NCBI GenBank assembly: GCA_033853355.1
Contig: JAWOLP010000003.1
Span: 1-62,010, forward strand
Reading direction: 5' to 3'
Length of the DNA: 62,010 nt
DNA from: Candidatus Micrarchaeia archaeon
GTDB lineage: Archaea; Micrarchaeota; Micrarchaeia; Anstonellales; Bilamarchaeaceae
Shown: in pieces, positions 35,084 through 43,896 of the stretch
How positions within the stretch are numbered: the stretch's first letter is position 1
How the letters are laid out: every line of letters begins with the position of its first letter
Notes under the pieces: model-generated
Database searches by the model: none
Seen by the model: the letters and a program-made list of their open reading frames with translations, nothing else
What the model was told of the DNA's origin: nothing
Position numbers and translations under genes: made by a program

Positions 35084-35419
35084 ATGGCCAGAAGAATCGC
35101 GGTCCCCTCGCGCGGGGCACGGAGCCAGCGCGCCTTGCCTGGGCACGTGGACGAGGGCAACATCGACAGCGTGGAGGAGGAGACGCTGGAGAAGGTCGGA
35201 AAGACCCTCTCGGCGCTCGAGCTGGCTCTCGCGAGCTGGGATGCGGCGAAGGAGAAGCCGGAGTCCCTGCGGCCCAAGTTCGCCAAATACCGCCTCCTCC
35301 ATGACATGCTCATCCAGTGGCAGAAGAAGGCCCAGAGAGCGGCAGGGAAGAAGGCCGCCTTCGAAAAGAAGGTCGCGGTCCTCTGGGATTTCGTGGACAT
35401 CTGCCGCGACTATTCCTGA
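35084..35419 (+). CDS. Small helical partner protein of giant ORF 2 (paralog of 33038-33394)
   Basis: 111 aa, LEKVGKTLSALELALASWDAAKEKPESLRPKFAKYRLLHDMLIQWQKK...VAVLWDFVDICRDY. Its stop lies 9 nt before the giant ORF 2 start, and GAGGTG at 35417-35422 serves as the Shine-Dalgarno element for that start. Confidence 0.75.
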   Translation: MARRIAVPSRGARSQRALPGHVDEGNIDSVEEETLEKVGKTLSALELALASWDAAKEKPESLRPKFAKYRLLHDMLIQWQKKAQRAAGKKAAFEKKVAVLWDFVDICRDYS

Positions 35420-35428
35420 GGTGTCTTC

Positions 35429-38400
35429 TTGGGAACCCCTAACATGAGGCCGGAAGAAGCTGCGAGAGATGCAGACGCGGCCATCGCGCAGCAGCTGCGC
35501 CCCCAGGCGCGCGCGGTCGTCCCCCAGCTCACCCCCTCCGGCTTCGCCTCGCGCGCGGACGAGCAGGTCGGCTCGCTCTCGCAGCACGCGTCCTCGCTCG
35601 GGCGCACGCTCCCCTCACGGATCACGGACGTCGGCGCATTCCTCGCCTCAGAGCCGCTGCGCTCGGCACGAGCGGGCCTGGAGCAGGGCATCGGCATGAT
35701 GCAGGGCACGGTCACCTCCAACCCGCCGCTCGATCCGTCGGTCTTCTTCCCGAACCGCCTGGAGCGGTCGGCCTTCCTCCGCGACGGCTCCCCATTCCTG
35801 ATCATCGACCCGGCCCACGACGCCCGGTTCGCCGACTTCCTGTCCGGGAGGAGCGGCTCGTACCGCGGAAGCGGGCGGGCGGAGTCTGAGTGGGTGGCCG
35901 CGCACGCGGCGGAGCTGGAGCGGCGGGGCATCCGGGTGGAGCGGGGCCAGGGCGACTCGTTCACGCTCACGAACGGCGCCTTCGACCGCTCGCTCTCGGG
36001 AGGCGTCCTCAGCGGGCCGGACTTCGAGCGGTTCATCGCGGCAGGGGTGCCCTCGATCAGCGGGGAGGATCCGGCCAAGGCGAGATGGCTCTCGGAGCAC
36101 GCGGACATCCTCATCGAGCACGGGATCGACGTGCAGGTCGAGGGGAACCGCTTCACGCTGCGGAACAGCGGATTCCGCACCATCGGAGTGGACCCTTCCC
36201 AGTTCGAGGGCAGCGGCTTCCGCGGCACCGCCTTCGACTCGTTCGTCGACGGCCGCGCCCCGACGTTCGAGGGCAACAACCTCGCCCAGGCCAGATGGAT
36301 AGCCGAGCGCCAGCAGCAGCTCATGCAGTCGGGGATACACGTCTACCTTTCCCTGAACCAGCGGGGGGAGCCCAGCGGGCGCTTCGTCCTCCAGAACACA
36401 GCCTTCCTGCCTCCATCGGCCGGCACGTCCCAGCGCGAGGCCCTCTCGAGGAGCCTCGACGACGCGCGGGCCGATATGGGGATGGCCGACACCTACTTCG
36501 CCCGGGCCGGGGAGCTGTGGCGGACCGGGAGGCCGCAGGATCAGCAGCGGGCGAGGGAGCTCGCGTCCGCCGGCATGCAGCTGATAGACCGGGCGCAGCG
36601 CCTCCTCGGCTCGGTCGCCGCGTATGTCGAGACCTCGAGGGTCGTCTATGACCGGCGCGCCGAGATCGAGTCCCTCCCGCCCGACGAGAAGCGCCGCTGC
36701 CTCTCGCTGATAGAGAACGCCGACGCCCTCATCGCGCAGAGCCGGACCGCGGACGACGCCGCGGCGCGCATCGAATACACGCGCCGCGCCGGTTTCCTCC
36801 TCCAGATGGTCGGCGCGACCCTCTATCTCCGCCAGACCGAAGGCATGCTCCCCCCGCAGGTCCGCACCGATGCCGCAGGCTTCCTCAGCTCGGCGATGGA
36901 CATCTATTCGCAGGGCACCTCCGATTCCCTCGAACGGGCGTCCTTCATGCTGGGCCAGGCGAACTCCTTCCTGACGTTCTCGATAGAGCGGGCCGGCATC
37001 CAGGCCCAGTACGACGAAGTCCGGAACCTCGACGCCTACGTGGACGTCACGAGGATGCCGCTATTCCAGACGTCCGGGCGCTTCGACGAGGAAAAGTTCC
37101 AGAGGCTCACCGGCGTGACGTACGCGCAGTACCGGGACGGCATACGCGGCCAGAGCCGGAGGGGGATCGCCACGGTGGCCGCGGCCCTCTACCGCCGCTC
37201 CCTCGACCATTACGACTCCGCGCTCGCGGAGATGCGTGGGCTGATCGCATACTCGGCCGCGAACGAGACGCCGGACAACGGCAGGGTCAGGGCGTCGCTG
37301 GAGACGATCCAGCGCGAGCACGAGATAGGCAGCCTCAACTTCGTCCGGACCGCGCAGCTGGATCCCCTGATATCGTCCGCCCGGACGCTGTCCTCGGTCG
37401 TCCAGCGCCTTCCGACCGAGCGCGACATCGGCGCCCTCTACATGAGCGCGGAAGGGTCGGCCGAGCTGCGCGACTCGCGCGCCGCGGCGATGCGGGCGTA
37501 CTCGCGCGAGCTCGGCACGATAAGCGCCGGCTTCCTCTACCTGCTCTCGGCCCAGAACTCCGAGGGGGCGGAGCGCGAGTCGCTTGAAGGCTCCGCGCGG
37601 GCGGTCCTCTCAAGGGCCGGGGCCGAGAACCAGGCATTCATGGACGCGGCCAACGCGTTCAACGACATGTTCAGCAAGACCTCCTCGTTCATCGCGCACG
37701 TGCAGGGCTCGCTCCTCGACGGGGAGACCGCGTCGCTCTATGGCGAAGAGCTCCTGAGGATCGGGGGCGACCACCTGCAGCAGCTCCTGCAGAACCCGGA
37801 CCTCTCCCGCCCGTATTTCCTGCGCGCCGTGACGGACCCGTCGTTCCTGCCCAGCCTCCCTCACCGCGACGAGCTGATGAGCAACGTCACGCGGCTCGGA
37901 AGGGGCGACCGCCAGAACGCGATCGCGATACTGACAGCCCTCTACGACCCGAACGCGACGCCCGAGCAGGTCCGCAACGCGCTCGGCCTGCTCTCCGCCG
38001 GCGAGATGACGATCGAGACCGCGGCGATGCCGCCCGGGGGGATGCCCCCCGAAGGGATGTCTCGCGAGGACCGCATGCGCGAGTACGGGACCGTCACCAG
38101 GGCTATGCCGGTCCTCGATGCGCTGCGCGAGGTGAACCCGGAGCTCGCGGCGCGGTTCGAGAGGATGCGGGAGCATCCGGAGAGCTTCTCGATCGACCAG
38201 CGCAGGGAGCTGATACTCGCTCTCGTGCGCATGGTCGGCGACGAGCCTGTGAACCGCGCCCTAGACCACATCGAGACATACCTCCGGGACACGTTCAGGG
38301 AAGTCTTCACGGCCCACGCGCAGGACCTCTACGACCGCGCGCGGAACATGGAGCCGAACGCGAGAGGCATGCAGGAAGACGCGAGGCTGATCCTCTCCCG

Positions 38401-41400
38401 CCTGCGGCCCAGCGACATCACGATAAACCGCAGCGGCGGAAGGACCACCGTCGAGCTCGCGGACCCATTGGCCCGCGACGCATACGCGAGGCTCATGGAC
38501 GGCGCCGCAGCCGTGCAGTCCATACCGGAGGAGATGGCGAGCCTCGTGCCCAGGCTGATGGAGAGGCTCGGTCCGGTCTCGCGCGAGGCCGCCACGCGCG
38601 TGGCGGACGCGGAGAGGATATACCAGGAGAGGGTCGACGAGGCCGAGGCGCGGAGAAGGACGATAATCGTCTGCGCGGTCATCGGCGGCCTCATCGCGGC
38701 GCCATTCACCGGCGGCATGAGCGTCTGGGCGGCTGTGGGGACCATAAGCCTGGGCGTCGGGATAGGGATGGGGATCCCCTCGGTCGCCTTCGCGGTGGAG
38801 GATTACGTGAAGGTCAGGGACGACCCGAATGCCACGCCCGAGCAGGTGTCCGCGGCCCGCAACCACATGTGGCGCGAGATCGGGTTCAACGCGGTGATGC
38901 TGCTCCCGGTCGTCGGCCAGGCCGGGCGGGCATGGGCCGTCGGCCGTGGGCTCTTCACGCTGGCGCGGATAGGGTACGGCCTCGAGATCGCCGGAGGCAT
39001 AGGCATGGTCGGCTTCGGCGCATACCAGACGTACGAGGGCGTCCAGATGATCCGGCATGGCGATACCGGCTGGGGGATATTCAACGCGGCCACCGGGGCG
39101 CTGTTCATGTTCGGAGGCGCCCATGCGGCGTACAGCGGCGCGCGGAGCTGGGGATCCCTCGGCAGGCTCGCGCCGGCCATGCTCGCTCCGGAGGCCATAG
39201 CCAGGGACGTCACAGCGCTGGAGGAAGGGGCGGCGGCTTTCCGGCGAGTGGCCGCGGGCGAGCAAATCTCGATCTCCGCCGACCGGCTCGCCGAGATCAA
39301 TGCGGCCGGCCGCAGGCTCAGGGACATGGTGCAGGCTGGGATGCGGCTCGAGCCGGCCCAGATGCAGGCCCTCAACGCGTACCGCGCCCTCATGGAGGTC
39401 CAGCCTGCCAGGGACCTGCGCACCTTGCGGACGATGAGCGAAGGCACCTCGTTCCGGCGGGCGGCGCGCGGGGCTTACGAGACGATCCTGCGGAGGAACC
39501 GGCTCGCCTCGACCGAGGAATTCGTCGATGCGATAGCGGCGAGGGACCGCCTGCGCGCGCTGGGCCGCATCCGGCCGAACACGCCGGCCGAGGCCGAAGC
39601 CCTCAGGAACTTCGACCGCTACGTCGCGGCCCAGGCGAACACGGACGCCCAGGCGCTCTCCTCGTTCGGCCAGAGGGTGAGGGCGGGGGGCGCTCCGCTC
39701 AGCGTGGGCGAAATCGCGGCGGCGCGCACGGCATACGACCGGCTCTCGCTCGGCGTGCAGGAGGCCGGGACGGCGACGCCCCAGCAGGTCGCCGCGATGC
39801 GGGCCTACCGCACCGCGATGAGCGAGGTCGGCCGCTCGAGGATGGCGCAGGACGCGCAGGGGCTCGCCTCGGGGATAGCCCCCGCGATCGAGGCGACGAC
39901 CGACTCGCAGGAGATCGCGCGCTCGGTCATACGGGCGAGGCTCCTCCGCGGCGACGGCGAGTTCCTCATCCCAGGCGAGACGATCGCGGGCTACCGGCTG
40001 AGCGTGGGCGACATAGAGGGCGAGATACGCGCCCTGGGCCGGGATTTCGCCCTCAGCGGGAATCCCCAGCAGGTGCTCACGATCGCGGGCGACAAGCAGC
40101 TCCTCAACCAGATAAACGACGTGTTCGGCAGGGATGGCGGCAACGTCTCGCTGTCGCTCTACCGCTCGGCGATCCAGGACGGGGTCGGCTCGTCCATCCG
40201 CGGCATGCGGGGGGCCCGCGCCTTCTTCGTGCGCTCCGCCGAGAGCGGGGACGAGGTCACCGTCTACATAATGGGCCGCAACCTGCGCGGGCTCGACCCG
40301 GCCGCGGTGTCCAGGTCGCTCGAGGAGGCGACCGGATCCGTGGCGGCTCAGGCGGCGGCCGCGCGGATAAGGGGCGACGTCACCCTCGCGGACGCGTTCG
40401 AGAGGTGGACGGGCAGCAGGGACGTCCGGCTTTTCGTGAGCGGGGATTTCAGGTTCTCCTCAGTCGAGGATTTCACGCTCGCCGCTTCGATGGACGAGAG
40501 CTCGCTGACCAGGATGGTGACGCATGCCGAGGAGATCCCGACCTACCGGCGCGTGGCGGACTCGCTCAACCTGAGCCCTGACGCGGTCGCTGCCGAGATA
40601 CGCATGCCGGCCGGGACCACGAGCGCGATAACCGATGCCGAAGTGAGGAGGAACGCGGCCGCGCTGGCCGGAGGGGAAGAGAGCTTCAGCCGCCTCCCGC
40701 CCGCCGACCAGACCGCATACCTGCGCGAGGCCCGCAGCAGGATAACGTTCCAGTCGGCCGACGCGGTGGAGTTCAGGTTCACGATCACCGATCCGGCGGC
40801 CCAGGCGGTCGTGCGGCAGGAGATGGCGACGGCCACCAGGAAAGCCTACGCCGAAGTGGCCACGAACTCGTTCGCTGGCACCGGGCTGAACACCTTCCTG
40901 GGCCACCCCCGCGCGAACGCGATCTACAATGCGCGCAACGACGCGATAGCGTCGGTGGTGCAGGCCGGGCTTCCGGACGGCGTGAGGATCAGGACGTTCG
41001 GCAATTTCGGGCCGGTCCTCATCGAAGGCGGCACGCCGGTCCAGCGCCTGTCGGTCATGCGGAGCATCGAGCAGGCGACGCGGGCCAACCTCAGGTCGCT
41101 GGCTGCGGGAGGGAGGAGCCTCGGGCTCGACGTCCAGGTGGTCGGCGTGAGCATAAGCGCGCCGATGAACTACGATTCCATAAGCGCCGCGCTCATCTCC
41201 AGCCGTCTGGGCATCGGCCACACCGTGAGCCTGCCCTCCCTGGAGAGCGCGACTTTCGGGATAGGGTTCATCCGCGGGCCTCGGGGGCTGTCCGATTTCG
41301 CCCACCTCGACCGCCTCAGCGACCGCATCTACGGCGACCTGATGGCGGCCGTGCCGGAGGCTTCGAGGGCCAGGTACCCCAGCATGCAGGAGTTCGCCGA

Positions 41401-43858
41401 GATACGCTCGATCGCGCGGGCGAACCCGTCCATCCGGAACGCGGAGGCGATGCTCGCCTACCTACGGGCGAACAACCCCTCCCTTTTCGGGAAATACCTC
41501 GCTTTCGTCGAAGAGCAGGGCGGGGAGTTCGCAGCCAGGGCCAGGACGGCGATCGGGCTGCCCATACCGCAGGCGACGCCGGTGACCGTCCTCGCCAGGG
41601 AAGCGAGGCCGCTCTCGACGCGCACGCCGGCCGAGATCCAGGCCGACCTCGAGCCGCGCATACGCGCGCAGATGGACGGCGTGAGCGGCGTGCAGAGGAC
41701 GCAGGTCACGGTGACGAGGGACCGGATAAGCATCCAGAACGAGGCCGGAGAGAGCGTGCCTGCGGAGCGGACCCGCGCGCACGTCGAGCTCTTCGCGCGC
41801 GACGGCAGATCCCTGGGCGTGGCGGAATTCGAGGTGGTCCCTGCCGCCGACGGCGAGGGCGTCGCGTTCTTCCACCGCGTGGAGCTCGATCCGTCGGTCC
41901 GCGGCCAGAGGATCGCGGAGCGGCTCAGCGACGCGATGGAGGATTCGCTGCGGGGCATGGGCATACATCGCTACGTCCTCCGCGCGGAGCGCGATGGCCT
42001 GACCTACTGGCCCTCACAAGGATACCAATGGGTCGGGAACGAAGGCGGGCTAAGGGCTGTCGACCGGACCGCGAACGCCCCCCTCACATGGGAAGGCGGC
42101 TCGCCGATCCTCGATTACCAGGCCGGCGGAAGGACCCAGCCGGGCATGTTCCGCAGGTGGCTCAGCACGCCCGAGGGCCAGGCGTGGCGGCCGCCTCACA
42201 ACCAGTCGGTCGAGGAGTTCATGCGGCTGGCCGGCGACAACCTCGCCAACTACCCTTACGATTTCACGCTCTACCTCGGAAGCCAGGGAGTGGACAACAT
42301 CCAGATGAAGTTCGTGAGGTGGGCATTCGAGACCGGCTGGGCGCCCCACGCGAGATTCGATCCATGGTTTTTCCTGCGGTTCAACGGCAACAACCCCCAA
42401 TTCTATCCGGACGAGTTCCTGCTTTTCCTGGGCACCAGGGAAAACAGCATCCGCGGCATCCAGCAGAGGTTCGTGGAATGGGCCTCCCACAACAACTGGC
42501 GCAGCGCCACCGGCGAGGCCGCAGACGCGTTCGCCGCCCGCGCGGGCTACCGCCTCAGCCTCTATCCGCCGGAATTCCGGCTCTCCATAGCGAGGGAGGT
42601 GCCGTACACCAGGCCGGCCGTGATCACCGAACTGCCCGCGGACCTGCACGGGATGCCGGCCGAGTTCGCGCATCTGCGCGTTGACCCGGTCCATGGAAGG
42701 CAGCCGGTCCGCCTCCTGCGGCCAATCGATTCGGTCAACGGCTCCTCGGGGGTCGTCTACCTGGGCGAGATGGAATTCGAGGGACGTACGGTGCAGGTGG
42801 CGGTCAAGATATACCGCGACGCGATCGACTCCAGCATACGCTCCACAGTGAATTACACGACCAGGCTTTACCAGCGCTACCTCGCCGCACGGGCCGCGAA
42901 TCCAGCGAACTGGGCCGCCGCAGCGCAGATGAGCCGCGAGGACACGGAGATCATCGGAGAGGTGCTCAGGAGGATGACGGGCGGCCGCACGGCCGAGCAG
43001 GCGATTTTCGAGGCGGCGACCGTGAGGGAATGGGGACAGTCCAGGGCCGCCAAGCTGTTCGGCGAAGTTCAGCGCGCGGAGACGGCCGCACGCCTCGGCA
43101 TCGGGCCGAGGGTGATGGGCCTTGTCGACGTGGGCAACGGGAACATGGCGTTCGCGATGGAGCGGGTCGTCGGAGTCGACCGCGCGGAGATGTCCGTGGA
43201 CCAGCTGTCCAGGATAGCCAGGCAGAACGGCATAAGCCTGCCCGAGCAGCTGGACCGGACGATGAGATCGCTCGCGGAAGCGGAATCAGCCCTCGCCAGG
43301 GACGAGGGCAGGGTGGACGCGTCGGGGGTGCGCGTCGGGTACGACGTGGGAGACTTCCAGTTCGCCGTCCTGACCCGCAGGCAGTTCATAAACGGCAGGT
43401 GGCGCGAGCCGGGCGATGTCGTCGTATGGGACGTGAGCGGCTTGAAAGAGATCCAGGTGCCGGACGAGGCCGCGGTGGGCCGGCGCGTTTCCGCGAGGGT
43501 CGTCGAGGAGAGGGCGAGCCTCGAGGGGAATCTCGGAGCGACATACTTCAGGGAAAACATCGGCGCGAGGGGCACCGCGCTGCAGGATCCGTACCTCCAG
43601 GCACTCGTGCTATCCGCGACCGGCAGGCCGGCTTTCGACGCCGACGCGTTCCGGGCCTTCGTGGAGATCGGCAGCAGCCAGCAGGAGAGGCAGCGGGCGG
43701 TCAGCGCGATAATCACCGACACTGCCAGGACGGACCCGGCACGCGCGGCCCGGATGTTCCAGGCCCTCCGGCGGGCGGAGGCCGAGTCCGGAGTCAGGAT
43801 AATACCGCAAAACGTCACCTTCGCGCAGATTTCGTCCTCGCGAGCTCCGGCCCCCTGA
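35429..43858 (+). CDS. Giant (2,809 aa) multi-domain membrane protein with GGDEF-like, GNAT-like and kinase-like modules
   Basis: An uninterrupted 8,430-nt ORF. The TTG at 35429 has a GAGGTG Shine-Dalgarno element 6 nt upstream; the first ATG is at 35444. Domain evidence is given in separate entries. Confidence 0.9.
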   Translation: MGTPNMRPEEAARDADAAIAQQLRPQARAVVPQLTPSGFASRADEQVGSLSQHASSLGRTLPSRITDVGAFLASEPLRSARAGLEQGIGMMQGTVTSNPPLDPSVFFPNRLERSAFLRDGSPFLIIDPAHDARFADFLSGRSGSYRGSGRAESEWVAAHAAELERRGIRVERGQGDSFTLTNGAFDRSLSGGVLSGPDFERFIAAGVPSISGEDPAKARWLSEHADILIEHGIDVQVEGNRFTLRNSGFRTIGVDPSQFEGSGFRGTAFDSFVDGRAPTFEGNNLAQARWIAERQQQLMQSGIHVYLSLNQRGEPSGRFVLQNTAFLPPSAGTSQREALSRSLDDARADMGMADTYFARAGELWRTGRPQDQQRARELASAGMQLIDRAQRLLGSVAAYVETSRVVYDRRAEIESLPPDEKRRCLSLIENADALIAQSRTADDAAARIEYTRRAGFLLQMVGATLYLRQTEGMLPPQVRTDAAGFLSSAMDIYSQGTSDSLERASFMLGQANSFLTFSIERAGIQAQYDEVRNLDAYVDVTRMPLFQTSGRFDEEKFQRLTGVTYAQYRDGIRGQSRRGIATVAAALYRRSLDHYDSALAEMRGLIAYSAANETPDNGRVRASLETIQREHEIGSLNFVRTAQLDPLISSARTLSSVVQRLPTERDIGALYMSAEGSAELRDSRAAAMRAYSRELGTISAGFLYLLSAQNSEGAERESLEGSARAVLSRAGAENQAFMDAANAFNDMFSKTSSFIAHVQGSLLDGETASLYGEELLRIGGDHLQQLLQNPDLSRPYFLRAVTDPSFLPSLPHRDELMSNVTRLGRGDRQNAIAILTALYDPNATPEQVRNALGLLSAGEMTIETAAMPPGGMPPEGMSREDRMREYGTVTRAMPVLDALREVNPELAARFERMREHPESFSIDQRRELILALVRMVGDEPVNRALDHIETYLRDTFREVFTAHAQDLYDRARNMEPNARGMQEDARLILSRLRPSDITINRSGGRTTVELADPLARDAYARLMDGAAAVQSIPEEMASLVPRLMERLGPVSREAATRVADAERIYQERVDEAEARRRTIIVCAVIGGLIAAPFTGGMSVWAAVGTISLGVGIGMGIPSVAFAVEDYVKVRDDPNATPEQVSAARNHMWREIGFNAVMLLPVVGQAGRAWAVGRGLFTLARIGYGLEIAGGIGMVGFGAYQTYEGVQMIRHGDTGWGIFNAATGALFMFGGAHAAYSGARSWGSLGRLAPAMLAPEAIARDVTALEEGAAAFRRVAAGEQISISADRLAEINAAGRRLRDMVQAGMRLEPAQMQALNAYRALMEVQPARDLRTLRTMSEGTSFRRAARGAYETILRRNRLASTEEFVDAIAARDRLRALGRIRPNTPAEAEALRNFDRYVAAQANTDAQALSSFGQRVRAGGAPLSVGEIAAARTAYDRLSLGVQEAGTATPQQVAAMRAYRTAMSEVGRSRMAQDAQGLASGIAPAIEATTDSQEIARSVIRARLLRGDGEFLIPGETIAGYRLSVGDIEGEIRALGRDFALSGNPQQVLTIAGDKQLLNQINDVFGRDGGNVSLSLYRSAIQDGVGSSIRGMRGARAFFVRSAESGDEVTVYIMGRNLRGLDPAAVSRSLEEATGSVAAQAAAARIRGDVTLADAFERWTGSRDVRLFVSGDFRFSSVEDFTLAASMDESSLTRMVTHAEEIPTYRRVADSLNLSPDAVAAEIRMPAGTTSAITDAEVRRNAAALAGGEESFSRLPPADQTAYLREARSRITFQSADAVEFRFTITDPAAQAVVRQEMATATRKAYAEVATNSFAGTGLNTFLGHPRANAIYNARNDAIASVVQAGLPDGVRIRTFGNFGPVLIEGGTPVQRLSVMRSIEQATRANLRSLAAGGRSLGLDVQVVGVSISAPMNYDSISAALISSRLGIGHTVSLPSLESATFGIGFIRGPRGLSDFAHLDRLSDRIYGDLMAAVPEASRARYPSMQEFAEIRSIARANPSIRNAEAMLAYLRANNPSLFGKYLAFVEEQGGEFAARARTAIGLPIPQATPVTVLAREARPLSTRTPAEIQADLEPRIRAQMDGVSGVQRTQVTVTRDRISIQNEAGESVPAERTRAHVELFARDGRSLGVAEFEVVPAADGEGVAFFHRVELDPSVRGQRIAERLSDAMEDSLRGMGIHRYVLRAERDGLTYWPSQGYQWVGNEGGLRAVDRTANAPLTWEGGSPILDYQAGGRTQPGMFRRWLSTPEGQAWRPPHNQSVEEFMRLAGDNLANYPYDFTLYLGSQGVDNIQMKFVRWAFETGWAPHARFDPWFFLRFNGNNPQFYPDEFLLFLGTRENSIRGIQQRFVEWASHNNWRSATGEAADAFAARAGYRLSLYPPEFRLSIAREVPYTRPAVITELPADLHGMPAEFAHLRVDPVHGRQPVRLLRPIDSVNGSSGVVYLGEMEFEGRTVQVAVKIYRDAIDSSIRSTVNYTTRLYQRYLAARAANPANWAAAAQMSREDTEIIGEVLRRMTGGRTAEQAIFEAATVREWGQSRAAKLFGEVQRAETAARLGIGPRVMGLVDVGNGNMAFAMERVVGVDRAEMSVDQLSRIARQNGISLPEQLDRTMRSLAEAESALARDEGRVDASGVRVGYDVGDFQFAVLTRRQFINGRWREPGDVVVWDVSGLKEIQVPDEAAVGRRVSARVVEERASLEGNLGATYFRENIGARGTALQDPYLQALVLSATGRPAFDADAFRAFVEIGSSQQERQRAVSAIITDTARTDPARAARMFQALRRAEAESGVRIIPQNVTFAQISSSRAPAP
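35822..36405 (+). repeat. Three tandem ~55-aa protein repeats at the N-terminus of giant ORF 2
   Basis: ARFADFLSGRSGSYRGSGRAESEWVAAHAAELERRGIRVERGQGDSFTLTNGAF / PDFERFIAAGVPSISGEDPAKARWLSEHADILIEHGIDVQVEGNRFTLRNSGF / TAFDSFVDGRAPTFEGNNLAQARWIAERQQQLMQSGIHVYL...GRFVLQNTAF. Confidence 0.7.
38650..39170 (+). other. Transmembrane module of giant ORF 2 (AAPxTGGxS motif)
   Basis: RRRTIIVCAVIGGLIAAPFTGGMSVWAAVGTISLGVGIGMGIPSVAF ... FNAVMLLPVVGQAG ... YGLEIAGGIGMVGFGAY ... GIFNAATGALFMFGGAHAAY, about 4-6 hydrophobic helices. Confidence 0.65.
39955..40450 (+). other. GGDEF/palm-type nucleotide-cyclase-like module (degenerate signature SGDEV)
   Basis: LTIAGDKQLLNQINDVFGRDGGNVSL (40075-40146) matches the D-x5/6-IND-x-FG-x-D-x-G-[DN]-x-x-L block of GGDEF domains. 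FFVRSAESGDEVTVYIMG (40223-40276) occupies the R-x-GG[DE]EF-x-h-h-h position. Confidence 0.4.
41650..42040 (+). other. GNAT-like acetyltransferase module
   Basis: GVAFFHRVELDPSVRGQRIAERLSDAMEDSLRGMGIHRYVLRAERDGLTYWPSQGYQW fits GNAT motif A (R/Q-x-x-G-x-G/A followed by a helix) and motif B. Confidence 0.45.
42710..43460 (+). other. Protein-kinase-like (PKL) domain of giant ORF 2, homologous to K1 of giant ORF 1
   Basis: GSSGVVYLGEMEFEGRTVQVAVKIYRD, NMAFAMERVVG, VGDFQFAVL and GDVVVWDVSGL are colinear with VAVKVFKD / AIAMDLLPG / HDFQFIV / GDVVLMDAGG. Confidence 0.55.
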
Positions 43859-43896
43859 CCGGCAGCAATTTTAACGTAGCCGCAGATAAGCTGGCC

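Noticed and set aside
35410-43810. Antisense or off-frame ORFs within giant ORF 2, for example 35410-36324 (-), 38261-39265 (-), 38869-40581 (+, 570 aa), 40460-41305 (-) and 43069-44148 (-).
   Set aside because: The reasoning is the same: Arg/Gly/Pro-rich shadow frames overlapping a frame that carries conserved TM, GGDEF-like, GNAT-like and kinase-like motifs.
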